A DNA stretch of 64,000 bases from an uncultured Gemmatimonadaceae bacterium (GTDB taxonomy: Bacteria; Gemmatimonadota; Gemmatimonadetes; Gemmatimonadales; Gemmatimonadaceae), in contig CBHWDN010000017.1 in assembly GCA_966112585.1 (NCBI GenBank), positions 35,135-99,134 on the forward strand, given 5' to 3'. Positions within the stretch are counted from its first letter, which is position 1. Every line of letters begins with the position of its first letter. The notes under the pieces were generated by a model, which saw only the letters and a program-made list of their open reading frames with translations, was not told where the DNA came from and searched no databases. Positions 27,451 to 42,402 of the stretch are shown one piece after another. The position numbers and the translations under genes are program-made.

Positions 27451-28455
27451 CTACGGCGCCGCAGTGAACGGCGGAGCGACAAAGCCGCGATCGGTCAGAT
27501 AGCCGGCAATCAAATGGCGTGGCGTGACATCGAAGGCAGGGTTCCACACCCCCGCACCGGCGGGCAACTCTCCCAATTCTTCGCTACTGCGATGCTCGAT
27601 GACGATCTCGTTGCCCGTCGCCGTGGCGGTGTCGATCGTGCTCCACGGCGCGGCCACGTAGAAGGGCACGCCGTGCGCATGCGACGCGAGCGCCACGCCG
27701 TAGGTGCCGACCTTGTTCGCCACATCACCGTTCGCGGCGATACGATCGGCGCCAACGATCACCAGATCAACTGCGCCCGAGGCGAGCAGTGATGCAGCGG
27801 CGCCGTCAGGTAACACCTGTACGGGAATACCGACACGCGCGAGCTCCCATGCCGTCAGGCGCGCGCCCTGGCGGAGCGGGCGCGTTTCATCAGCGTACAC
27901 GCGAATGGAGCGCCCCGCATCCTTCGCGGCGTAGAGTGGCGCGAGCGCCGTACCGATGCCGGCAGTGGCGAGTGCACCGGCGTTGCAATGCGTCAACACG
28001 CGCGCGCCATCGGGAATGATCGCGAGGCCGTGCTCGCCGATCGCCGCGCACATCGCCACATCTTGAGCGCGAATACGCTCGGCCTCCTCCGCGAGTCCGC
28101 GCACCAGCGCGTCGTCGGCAAGCGTGGCGGCATGCGCCACCATGCGATTCACCGCCCACGCGAGATTGACTGCAGTTGGACGTGCGTCGATCAGGCGCGG
28201 CGCGTACTTGGACAGCAGCGTGCGGGCACGCGCACCGCTTCCCTCGCTATCGGTCGCCAGTGCGACGGCAAGTCCAATGGCCGCGCCCACCCCAATTGCC
28301 GGCGCGCCACGGATGGCGAGCGTCACGATCGCGTCGATCGTGTCGTCCACCGCCACGAGATCACGCACCACCTCCGACGACGGCAGGCGGCGCTGATCAA
28401 GAATGCGCAAGGCGCGCTGGTCGGGGGACCATCCAACGGCAGGTACCGGTAGCAC
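27451..28455 (-). CDS. mtnA: S-methyl-5-thioribose-1-phosphate isomerase
   Basis: LDQRRLP, IRGAPAIG, RPTAVNL, THCNAGALAT, DETRPLRQGARLT, NPAFDVTP. Confidence 0.95.
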   Translation of the reverse strand: MLPVPAVGWSPDQRALRILDQRRLPSSEVVRDLVAVDDTIDAIVTLAIRGAPAIGVGAAIGLAVALATDSEGSGARARTLLSKYAPRLIDARPTAVNLAWAVNRMVAHAATLADDALVRGLAEEAERIRAQDVAMCAAIGEHGLAIIPDGARVLTHCNAGALATAGIGTALAPLYAAKDAGRSIRVYADETRPLRQGARLTAWELARVGIPVQVLPDGAAASLLASGAVDLVIVGADRIAANGDVANKVGTYGVALASHAHGVPFYVAAPWSTIDTATATGNEIVIEHRSSEELGELPAGAGVWNPAFDVTPRHLIAGYLTDRGFVAPPFTAAP

Positions 28456-28556
28456 GCGCGAAAGCTAGCGCCCGTTCAGCAATCGGGGACCGTTATCCGG
28501 GACGGTGGTGGTGTAGGTAGATTTCCCGCTCCCCATTCGCCGCCTGGATCCGAGCC

Positions 28557-29336
28557 ATGTCCTACCAGTTTCTCCTCTTTGAAGTTGCCGACCGTATCGC
28601 CACGATCACGGTCAATCGTCCGGACAAGCTCAACGCGCTGAACGACGCGACGATCGCCGAGTTGGGGCGCGCGATCGATGAGGCGAACTCACGCGAGGAT
28701 GTCGCGGGGGTGCTGCTGACCGGCGCCGGGCGCGCATTTGTCGCCGGCGCCGATATCTCGGAGCTCGAGTCGCAATCGCCGCTCGAGGCGCAGCGTCGTT
28801 CCCGCGCGGGCCAGAACATCTTCCGTCGCTTCGAAACGAGCCCCAAGCCCACCGTGGCGGCGCTCAACGGCTTCACGCTGGGCGGCGGCTGCGAACTGGC
28901 GATGGCGTGTCATGTGCGCATCGCAAGCGAAAAGGCAAAGCTTGGTCAGCCGGAAGTGAAGCTGGGTATCGTGCCAGGATACGGCGGCACACAGCGGTTG
29001 CCGCGCCTGGTGGGACGTGGCGCCGCGCTGCGCCTGTTGCTCACTGGCGAAATGATCGAGGCCAGCGAAGCCTTTCGTTTGGGGCTCGTGGATCAGGTCA
29101 CGACTCCCGAAGCGCTGCTCGACACGGCGCGGGCGCTGCTTACCGCCATGGTGGCGAATGCACCGCTTGCACTCGCCGGTTGCATCGAAGCGCTCGATCG
29201 CGGACTCGATGTGGATCTCGAGGAAGGGTGCACGATCGAATCCGACTTCTTCGGCCTGCTGTCATCGACGGCCGACATGAAGGAAGGAATGCGCGCGTTT
29301 CTCGAGAAGCGCGCTCCGACGTTCAGCGGTCGCTGA
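28557..29336 (+). CDS. Enoyl-CoA hydratase/crotonase
   Basis: NRPDKLNALN, AFVAGADI, GGGCELA, GQPEVKLG..PGYGG. Confidence 0.92.
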   Translation: MSYQFLLFEVADRIATITVNRPDKLNALNDATIAELGRAIDEANSREDVAGVLLTGAGRAFVAGADISELESQSPLEAQRRSRAGQNIFRRFETSPKPTVAALNGFTLGGGCELAMACHVRIASEKAKLGQPEVKLGIVPGYGGTQRLPRLVGRGAALRLLLTGEMIEASEAFRLGLVDQVTTPEALLDTARALLTAMVANAPLALAGCIEALDRGLDVDLEEGCTIESDFFGLLSSTADMKEGMRAFLEKRAPTFSGR

Positions 29337-29352
29337 GTTCTTTCGCATCGCC

Positions 29353-30485
29353 GTGCTTGTTCGTTTGATCGCCCGCGAGTTCCGGAATTTCGCCGCGCTC
29401 GATCTCGCGGTACCGGCGAACGGGCTGGTGATCATCGGCGAGAACGGGCACGGCAAGACCAATCTGCTGGAAGCCGTCGCGTATCTCGCGTTGCTGCGTT
29501 CGTTTCGCGGCGCGCGTGATGCCGATGTGGTGCGCTTTGGTGCGCCCGCGTTTCACGTGCGCGCGACGCTTGCGGCGCCATCGGCGTATTCCACGGTGAG
29601 CATCGGTTACGAACGCAGCACGCGCCGAAAGCGGGCGGTGCTCGATGGTGTGGAGCAGCCACGCCTGACGAATGCGCTTGGCGCCCTGCCCAGTGTGGCA
29701 TTCTCGCCGGCCGATGTGGCGCTCGTGTCGGGCGGACCCGGCGAACGTCGACGCTATCTGGATGTACTGCTCGCGTTGTCGCAGCCGGCGTACCTGCAGG
29801 CGCTCCAGCAATACCGCGCGGCGCTGCTCCGACGCAATTCTGCGCTACGTCTGGCACAGCGCGAAGGTGGCCGCGGTGATCACGCCGCCCGGGTGAGTGT
29901 CTGGGAGCCGGCGCTCGCCGAGAACGGCGGCTTTCTGGTCGCCGCGCGTCAGGCGTTCGTGTACGCCCAACGCGACCGATACGTGCAGCTGTGTACTGCC
30001 ATTGGAGAGCGCGACGCGGCGGTGTTGCGGTATCAGACGCCGAGCGGTGAGAGCAACGAGCCGCTCGCCACCAGCGCGACCGCACAGGGCGAGGCGCTCA
30101 CCCGCTCCTTTGCTCAGCAGCGCGTGACTGAAATGCGTCGTGGCACCACGCTGGTTGGTCCGCATCGCGATGAACTGTTGCTTCAGCTTGGCGGGCGTGA
30201 TTTGCGCACGTTCGGATCGGCCGGTCAGCAGCGAAGCGCCGCGATTGCACTTCGTTTGCTCGAGCTGGCCACGCTGCGCGACACGCTCGGCTACGCGCCG
30301 CTGCTGTTACTCGATGATCCGTTCGCTGAGCTCGACCTTGGCCGCGCGGCGCGCGTGCTGCACCTGCTTGGCGATGCCGGCGCGAGTCAGGTGCTGTTGG
30401 CTGTGCCTCGTCTTGATGACATCCCCGATGCCTTCACGCAGCTCGCACGGTGTACCATGCGTGATGGGACGATCGCGGAGGTCGT

Positions 30486-30489
<4 letters not shown>
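29353..30489 (+). CDS. recF: DNA replication and repair protein RecF
   Basis: FRN, GENGHGKTNLLEA, SFRG, GPHRDEL, SAGQQR, LLLDD. Confidence 0.95.
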
Positions 30490-32925
<2,436 letters not shown>

Positions 32926-32953
32926 TCCAGCCGCGTTACCCGCTTCACCATCA

Positions 32954-32993
32954 CGAGCCCGTTCCCGCATCGATCATCGCGGGAACGGGCTCG
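32954..32993. terminator. 15-bp-stem hairpin between convergent gyrB and peroxidase genes
   Basis: CGAGCCCGTTCCCGC/GCGGGAACGGGCTCG; the right arm overlaps the last peroxidase codons. Confidence 0.75.
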
Positions 32994-34407
32994 CGAATTT
33001 CGGATGGGTAATGAACGTGGAATCGCTGAACGTGCGGAGGAATGCGACGATCGCATTGCGCTCCTGCAGCGACAGATTGAGTCGCAGCGGCAAGTTGTTT
33101 GGCCCGCGAAGTCGCGCGTCCAGTCCAGGATTGTTCTGCACGCCGGCGTTGTAGAAGTCCACAACCTCTTCGAGCGATCGAAAACGACCGTCGTGCATGT
33201 AGGGCGCGCGCACCGCGATATTGCGAAGCGATGGCGCCTTGAATCGACCATTCCCTGCTCCAGCATCGGTGATCGATGCATCGAGCCCGGTGTTCCGCGC
33301 CTGGTCGGTCACATGGGCGGCCGTGCCGTGGCATCGTGCACACCCGGCGCGACCGGCGTACAGCGTTTGCCCCAGCTGTTCCTCGGCGGTGAGCACGCCG
33401 AAGTCGGGACCTCCACCGCGCCCGCCGAAGGTGTTGTCGAAGCGAGAATTGCCCGTCACCATCGAGCGCACAAACTGCGCGAGCGCGCGCGAGATCTTCT
33501 CACTCGTAACCTCGTTCGAGCCGAAGGCCTGTGTGAAGAGCGCGGGGTAAAACGAAGTCGCTTCGACTTTCGCCACGAGCTGGTCGAGCGTGAGCCCCAT
33601 CTCGGTACCGTCCTGAATGGGGCGCAGCACCTGATCCTCGAGCGAACTGGCACGCTCATCCCAGAAGAAACGCGCGGGCTGATACCACCGCGCATTGCCA
33701 AGCGCCATGCTGTGACGACCGGTGAGGCCACCGGCAAAGCCGCGACTCAGTCGCGCTGTGTCGCCGAAGGCGAACGCCTGCTGGTGACAAGAGGCGCAGG
33801 CCACACGATCGTTGATCGACAGCCGCCGATCGTAGAAGAGCACTCGCCCGAGCGAGGCGCCGGCATCCGTGGTGATATTGCCGGTCGGCATGTTGTCGGC
33901 GGCGCGTGTCGGCGCATCGTTGACGTAGTGCAGAGGCAACGGGGCACTGGCGTCGCTGTACGCGTAGCTCGTTGACGGCAGTGTTGGTGCTTGCACATCC
34001 GCGCTGAACACGGCGATGCGAAACGTCTGCGATGCAGTGCGTCCGGTGGTGTCGCGCGCGGTGACGGTCGCAGTGACGACACCGGGTGATGTCGGCGTGC
34101 CGCCAATATCGCAGCCAAGCGACGTAAGACCGCTCGTGCCGCTCAGCGCCACCGAATATGTGAGGCCCGTGCGGCGCGGATCGGTGAAGACCGTGTTGCC
34201 GCGACTCGCGTCATAGCGAAATGGCTGTCCGACTACCGCGGCTTGCGTGGGGTTCGCCAGCGCTACGCTGAGCGGATCGGTGTTCACGACCGGCGTCACC
34301 GGCGTGACCGGATCCGGATCCGGAGTACTGTTCGAGGTAACGCGATCGCCGCCGCAGGCAGTAAGCGCGGCCATGACGATCAGCGAAGCAAACGAAAGTC
34401 GGGACAT
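32974..34407 (-). CDS. Di-heme cytochrome c peroxidase/MauG family lipoprotein with N-terminal Ig-like module
   Basis: Lipobox LTAC; LGRVLFYD..LS, CASCH, FFWD.RA, CARCH, FKAPSLRN, PYMHDG. Confidence 0.9.
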   Translation of the reverse strand: MSRLSFASLIVMAALTACGGDRVTSNSTPDPDPVTPVTPVVNTDPLSVALANPTQAAVVGQPFRYDASRGNTVFTDPRRTGLTYSVALSGTSGLTSLGCDIGGTPTSPGVVTATVTARDTTGRTASQTFRIAVFSADVQAPTLPSTSYAYSDASAPLPLHYVNDAPTRAADNMPTGNITTDAGASLGRVLFYDRRLSINDRVACASCHQQAFAFGDTARLSRGFAGGLTGRHSMALGNARWYQPARFFWDERASSLEDQVLRPIQDGTEMGLTLDQLVAKVEATSFYPALFTQAFGSNEVTSEKISRALAQFVRSMVTGNSRFDNTFGGRGGGPDFGVLTAEEQLGQTLYAGRAGCARCHGTAAHVTDQARNTGLDASITDAGAGNGRFKAPSLRNIAVRAPYMHDGRFRSLEEVVDFYNAGVQNNPGLDARLRGPNNLPLRLNLSLQERNAIVAFLRTFSDSTFITHPKFASPFPR

Positions 34408-34502
34408 GGTGGGGTACACGATTCAATCCTCCTCGATTCCGGAGTCGCCGCTCGGATTTCCCAGAAGGACACGGCTCGGGCCGTTCACCCCAGCTCAGCC
34501 AC

Positions 34503-34537
34503 AAAAAAACGCACCGCGAATTGATCGCGGTGCGTTT
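34503..34537 (-). terminator. Rho-independent terminator
   Basis: 13-bp stem followed by a poly-T run on the minus strand. Confidence 0.8.
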
Positions 34538-34558
34538 GGGAGCTCTCCGAGCGCGTAC

Positions 34559-34804
34559 TCAGGGCGTTTCGAACTGCCCCTTCGCCTGGCGGCTCAGCTG
34601 ACGCGAGAAGTTGAGCGCGATGATGATCATCGAGCCAATGAGCACCGTGAACGCGACATAGCAGATCGTCGCCACAGTGGGCTCCATGCCACCCGTCGCC
34701 GACGGCATCGCCATCTTGATGACGAGAGCGTACAGGGCCAGCAGCGGCAGCACGGCGGCAGCGGCAACGAGGCTCAGGAAGCGGTTGGCAGCAGGAGAAA
34801 GCAT
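34559..34804 (-). CDS. Small two-TM membrane protein
   Basis: 81 aa with two hydrophobic helices; lies between thymidine phosphorylase and a terminator. Confidence 0.65.
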   Translation of the reverse strand: MLSPAANRFLSLVAAAAVLPLLALYALVIKMAMPSATGGMEPTVATICYVAFTVLIGSMIIIALNFSRQLSRQAKGQFETP

Positions 34805-34882
34805 CGCGTACGAAATCGGGGCGACGGCGCGCCGTGAAGTCCGGACCGCCCTTTGGCGGCCTCGGAAGCAAAGTTATGCGGG

Positions 34883-36217
<1,335 letters not shown>

Positions 36218-36276
36218 TGGTCAGGAAACTACGTGTCGCCGAGCGTTTGTGTAACGGCGCTCAGCCGCGCATGCGC

Positions 36277-36621
36277 TTAACCGCGCATGCGCTCCATCGC
36301 CTTGCGCCCCTGCTTGATGCCACGGCGCGCATACTGACGTGCGGAACGATCGGTATCCTCCCACCAATCGGACACGGCGGAGCCGCCGCGATTCGCCAGG
36401 CGACGCGCACTGCGCCGCAGCTTCTTTCGCGTCACCTGACCGGTTTGCGGAGCCATGAGCAGCGCGGTGCCCGCGCCGATAACGGCGCCAAGCAAGAGGC
36501 CAATACCGAGCGCACGCAGTCCGTGACGGTCGCGGGTTTCCGTACGCGCCGTCTCATCGGGCGACGAATCGTTGTCCTCGTGCGAGTCGGTGTGCTCGTA
36601 GTCGCGCATCGTTTCGTACAT
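36277..36621 (-). CDS. YtxH domain protein
   Basis: GLLLGAVIGAGTALLMAPQTGQVTRKKL. Confidence 0.85.
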   Translation of the reverse strand: MYETMRDYEHTDSHEDNDSSPDETARTETRDRHGLRALGIGLLLGAVIGAGTALLMAPQTGQVTRKKLRRSARRLANRGGSAVSDWWEDTDRSARQYARRGIKQGRKAMERMRG

Positions 36622-36623
36622 GA

Positions 36624-38705
<2,082 letters not shown>

Positions 38706-38789
38706 TCGCCACGATCTCCGCTCCGGCACCGATCGTTACAGCGGTGGCGCCTTGACGTGACCGCCCTCTCTGGCGAGCGTCACAGGGAC

Positions 38790-39371
38790 ATGAGCCTGAC
38801 TGAGACCTTTCCGACCGCGGCCCCGGCCGTGAGCACGACCGCTCCGCGCGCCGTGAGCATGCCGATCGAGTTTCTCGCATCGCTTCGGCAGAGCGTTCTG
38901 ACCGCGAACGCCGGATCGGCAGGCATCTCGGTCGACGCCGTGCGCGACGCGGGTTATCAGGCCGGTCAGGCGCTTTTCGATCAGTTCGCGAGCTGGCTCG
39001 AGGCTCAGGGTGAGCAGAGCCCGACCGAACTCGCCGACAGTCGTTTCCCGATGTTGTGCGAGGCGTTTTTCCACGCGCACGGTTGGGGGCGTGTCGAAGT
39101 GACCGCCATCAGCGATGCCGTGGTGATGCTCGATGCCTTCGATTGGGGCGAGGCCTCGGACGCTGACGGCGGATGCCTGGTCTCCACCGGTCTCTTCGCC
39201 GGATTCCTCGGACGAATGGCCGGCGCACCACTCAGCGTGCTCGAAGTTGATCCCGGGGCCACAGCGGCGGGCCGCTGCCGCTTTCTGGTGGGCTCGGTCG
39301 ACGTGCTGGGATACATCTGGGAAGCGATGCAACGCGGCATCCCGTACGAACGGGCCGCGCACTCCGCCTGA
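38790..39371 (+). CDS. V4R (4-vinyl reductase)-like domain protein
   Basis: HGWGRV, GC...G.FAG, VLEV, RCRF pattern. Confidence 0.65.
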   Translation: MSLTETFPTAAPAVSTTAPRAVSMPIEFLASLRQSVLTANAGSAGISVDAVRDAGYQAGQALFDQFASWLEAQGEQSPTELADSRFPMLCEAFFHAHGWGRVEVTAISDAVVMLDAFDWGEASDADGGCLVSTGLFAGFLGRMAGAPLSVLEVDPGATAAGRCRFLVGSVDVLGYIWEAMQRGIPYERAAHSA

Positions 39372-39388
39372 ACGACTCCACGGCCTGC

Positions 39389-39913
39389 CTAGAGCAGGCC
39401 GTTGTATTTCGGGTTGGGCTGCAGCTCGCCGTCGATCATCACGTCGCGATCCCAGGGCAATACGATCATCGCCTCAGTCGCCAGCGCGTAGAAGTCTGGC
39501 GCAAAGGTGCCCGTGCGAAAGCTCACCGCGGTGCGCACTTCGCGCGCACCGGCATTCACGACCGCGCCCACGGCCAGTCGCAATGTCTGCCCCGAGTCGC
39601 ACGTTTCGTCGACGATGAGCACACGCTTGTTGCGCACATCACTCGGCGCCGCGCCGAACACGGCCGGCGTTTCACGCACCTGCTCCGCACTGTAGCGACG
39701 GGAGATCAGGATCGAGTGAAACGGGATGTCGAGAATTGCCGCGACCGCTGCGCCAGGCACGACACCGGCGGTGGCGACCCCGACCACGAGGTCGGGCATC
39801 CATTCGCGCGCGACACGAACCGCCAGCGCCCGCGCGAGCTCACCGAAGAGTGGCCAATCGACGATCATGATGCCCTTAGCTGGATCAGGGGCATACGGCT
39901 GCGCGGCAGGCAT
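39389..39913 (-). CDS. Phosphoribosyltransferase family protein
   Basis: PRPP loop RVLIVDETCDSGQTL; IVLPWD. Confidence 0.88.
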   Translation of the reverse strand: MPAAQPYAPDPAKGIMIVDWPLFGELARALAVRVAREWMPDLVVGVATAGVVPGAAVAAILDIPFHSILISRRYSAEQVRETPAVFGAAPSDVRNKRVLIVDETCDSGQTLRLAVGAVVNAGAREVRTAVSFRTGTFAPDFYALATEAMIVLPWDRDVMIDGELQPNPKYNGLL

Positions 39914-40118
39914 GCGGGACTCCGGTAAGGGGCTTTGCGGAGTGTAGCCCCAGTGGGGTGCTGCTCGCAACGCGCTGCGCCACGTGTCCTCGCGCACGCG
40001 CCTTGTAGTGAACCGGACCCACCGATAGGTTTGCTTACTTGCCCGAGTTTCTTCTCGTCTCCGCTTCTCACGCACTGGTCGCGGTGATTCGTATTCCCAC
40101 TCGACATCCTGCGCACGC

Positions 40119-40643
40119 ATGAACTGGTTGCGGCGCCTCGTGGGTGGCTCTTCCGGTCGTGACTCGCGTCAACCGGATTTCCTGACCGAGGCTCTCGATC
40201 TCGAAGCACGTGGTGACTACTCGAACGCGCTGACGTCGTATCGTCTCGCGTTGCGGGAGCACCCCGATGATCTGCGCGTCCTGCAGAACATCGCCATCGC
40301 CTTTTCGAAGACCGGTCAGCCGGAAGAAGCGATTCGCACGTATCGTCGCGCATTGCAGCTCGATCCGGAGCTTGGCGGCGCGCACTACGGGCTTGCGTTT
40401 CTGCTGCTCAAGCGGGGCGATTCGGCGCACGCGGCGATGCACCTCGAAGGCTTCCTTCGCGTGACGTCGGCGGCCGATGCCGGATCGGCGAAGTTCCGGG
40501 CGCATGCGGAGCGAACACTCGCGAATCTCAAGGAAGCGGGAGATGACGTGGGCGTCGCGCCAGGCGATGGCGATGCGACGCGTTTCGCGCCGCCGGGCGA
40601 CGAGGAAGCGCCGGGTTTCGACACTCACGACGGCGAGGACTGA
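40119..40643 (+). CDS. Tetratricopeptide repeat protein
   Basis: A...YR.AL..P repeats, AHYGLA. Confidence 0.85.
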   Translation: MNWLRRLVGGSSGRDSRQPDFLTEALDLEARGDYSNALTSYRLALREHPDDLRVLQNIAIAFSKTGQPEEAIRTYRRALQLDPELGGAHYGLAFLLLKRGDSAHAAMHLEGFLRVTSAADAGSAKFRAHAERTLANLKEAGDDVGVAPGDGDATRFAPPGDEEAPGFDTHDGED

Positions 40644-40644
40644 C

Positions 40645-41412
40645 GTGGGTCGCGTGCTGTCGGTGGTGAGTCAGAAAGGTGGTGTCGGAAAGACCACAAC
40701 GGCCGTCAATCTGGCCGTGGCGTTTGCGCGTCGCGGGCTCAAGACGTTGCTCGTCGACACCGATCCGCAGGGCGCCGTGCGCTATGGCGTTGGCCTGCGT
40801 CGCGGACATCCATCGGCGGGATTCGATGACTATCTGCGCGGCGAAAAGTCTTTGCGCGATGTCATTCTGCCCACCGCGCTGCCGTGGTTACGGGTGATCC
40901 TTGCCGGTAGCGTCAGTGACTCGTCCGATCATGCGGCGTTTCAGCAGGCGGTGGGTTCGTCGACGACGCTCGCTGATCTGCTCGCGGTGGCCAAGGAGCG
41001 CTGTCACGTGGTGGTGGTCGATACGCCGCCTGGGCTTGGCGCGATCACGCGCCGGGTGCTCGAAGCCAGTCAGCATGTCGTGGTCCCGCTCCAGTGCGAG
41101 CCGCTGGCGCTTCAGACCACTCCGCAGATTTTGCGCGCGATTCAGGATGTGATCGCCGCCAATGACGAGCTGACGCTCGAAGGCGTACTGTTGACGATGC
41201 ACGAAGCGGGGAACCCGGCGACCGAGCGCGTCGTACACTATGTCCGGGAGCATCTCCCGCAGCATCTGGTGTTCGACACGCCGATTCCGCGCACGCCGGC
41301 CACTTCCGACGCATTCGCCGCCGGACAACCGGTGGTACTGCGCGCGCCGGCCGACGCCGCGAGTCAGGCCTACATCAACATCGCCACGCAGCTCGCCGAA
41401 CGGTTTGCGTAG
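40645..41412 (+). CDS. ParA/Soj family ATPase (orphan)
   Basis: QKGGVGKTTTAVNLA, DTDPQG, DTPP, PLQCE. Confidence 0.9.
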   Translation: MGRVLSVVSQKGGVGKTTTAVNLAVAFARRGLKTLLVDTDPQGAVRYGVGLRRGHPSAGFDDYLRGEKSLRDVILPTALPWLRVILAGSVSDSSDHAAFQQAVGSSTTLADLLAVAKERCHVVVVDTPPGLGAITRRVLEASQHVVVPLQCEPLALQTTPQILRAIQDVIAANDELTLEGVLLTMHEAGNPATERVVHYVREHLPQHLVFDTPIPRTPATSDAFAAGQPVVLRAPADAASQAYINIATQLAERFA

Positions 41413-41434
41413 CGGTGGCCGAGGGAAACGCAGC

Positions 41435-42280
41435 ATGACGCAGGGCGGGACGGGAACGGGTGTCGGGAAGACCGGTCGGCGAGTTGCGCTGATCACCAGC
41501 GTCGCGGCCGCACTCGTAGCCGCGGCGTGCGCCGATGTGAGCGCCGGCCCGGAAACTCCCGCCTCAATCGAACTGTCCGATCTGCCGTACCCGAGCGTGG
41601 TGGTTGGTGACACGCTGCGTGACGCGAACGGCGTGGTGGCACGGGTGCGCGCGATCGTGCGCAACAATCGGGGCGATTCGATCGGCTCGACCGGCACCCG
41701 GTATCTGTACGCCGACTACAATCGCGACTCGGCACTGTTCGTGGACTCCACGAGCGGACTCGTCGTAGCTCGCAAAGCCGCCACGGCTACGGCACGTATC
41801 GCGGCGCGCGTCAGCACCTCGCTGCAGGTCTTGCACGACCTGTTCGTAACGGTTCGCCCAGACAGCATGCAGGTCGTGCGAAACACGGCGGTGCTCACGA
41901 CGGTTTTCCCTGACACTGGTCGCGCACGGGCGACGTCCAATACCACCGAGAACCTATCGGTGAAGGTGCTGAATTATCAGGCCACGACGGTGGCCGGTGT
42001 AAATGGCTGGTTGGTGCGCTTTCAGTTGATTCGGCCCGCAAATCCCACCAACGACACCACATTGTCGGCGTGGCTGGTGAACGACAACGGATCGGCGAGT
42101 GTGATCGACACGACCGACGCCGCCGGCCTCGCAGGCCGGAAGGTGCGAATTCGCGCGAATCTGTTTCCGGCGGCCGGGCAGGACTCGGTGGTGGTCCGAG
42201 CCTTCGTGACGTACAAGGGCCAGCCGATTGCCCTCTCAGGCGGCGATATCGTTTCCACGGTGAAACGCGGCACGCCCTAG
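41435..42280 (+). CDS. Hypothetical lipoprotein with Ig-like domains
   Basis: Signal peptide ending AAAC; beta-rich sequence; TTDAAG. Confidence 0.7.
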   Translation: MTQGGTGTGVGKTGRRVALITSVAAALVAAACADVSAGPETPASIELSDLPYPSVVVGDTLRDANGVVARVRAIVRNNRGDSIGSTGTRYLYADYNRDSALFVDSTSGLVVARKAATATARIAARVSTSLQVLHDLFVTVRPDSMQVVRNTAVLTTVFPDTGRARATSNTTENLSVKVLNYQATTVAGVNGWLVRFQLIRPANPTNDTTLSAWLVNDNGSASVIDTTDAAGLAGRKVRIRANLFPAAGQDSVVVRAFVTYKGQPIALSGGDIVSTVKRGTP

Positions 42281-42402
42281 GGACCACTCCCGCGCCCCGT
42301 GTTCGGGCGCGAAGTTTCGGGAGTCGGGTACTCACCCCCGGTTCTGCGCGCCCTCCTGCCTGGCGTCGCGTCCGGACGTTTCCAGCACTGCCGGAGAAGG
42401 CG

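Noticed and set aside
28456-28556. SAM riboswitch upstream of mtnA
   Set aside because: Short divergent intergenic region with no recognisable SAM-I/II core.
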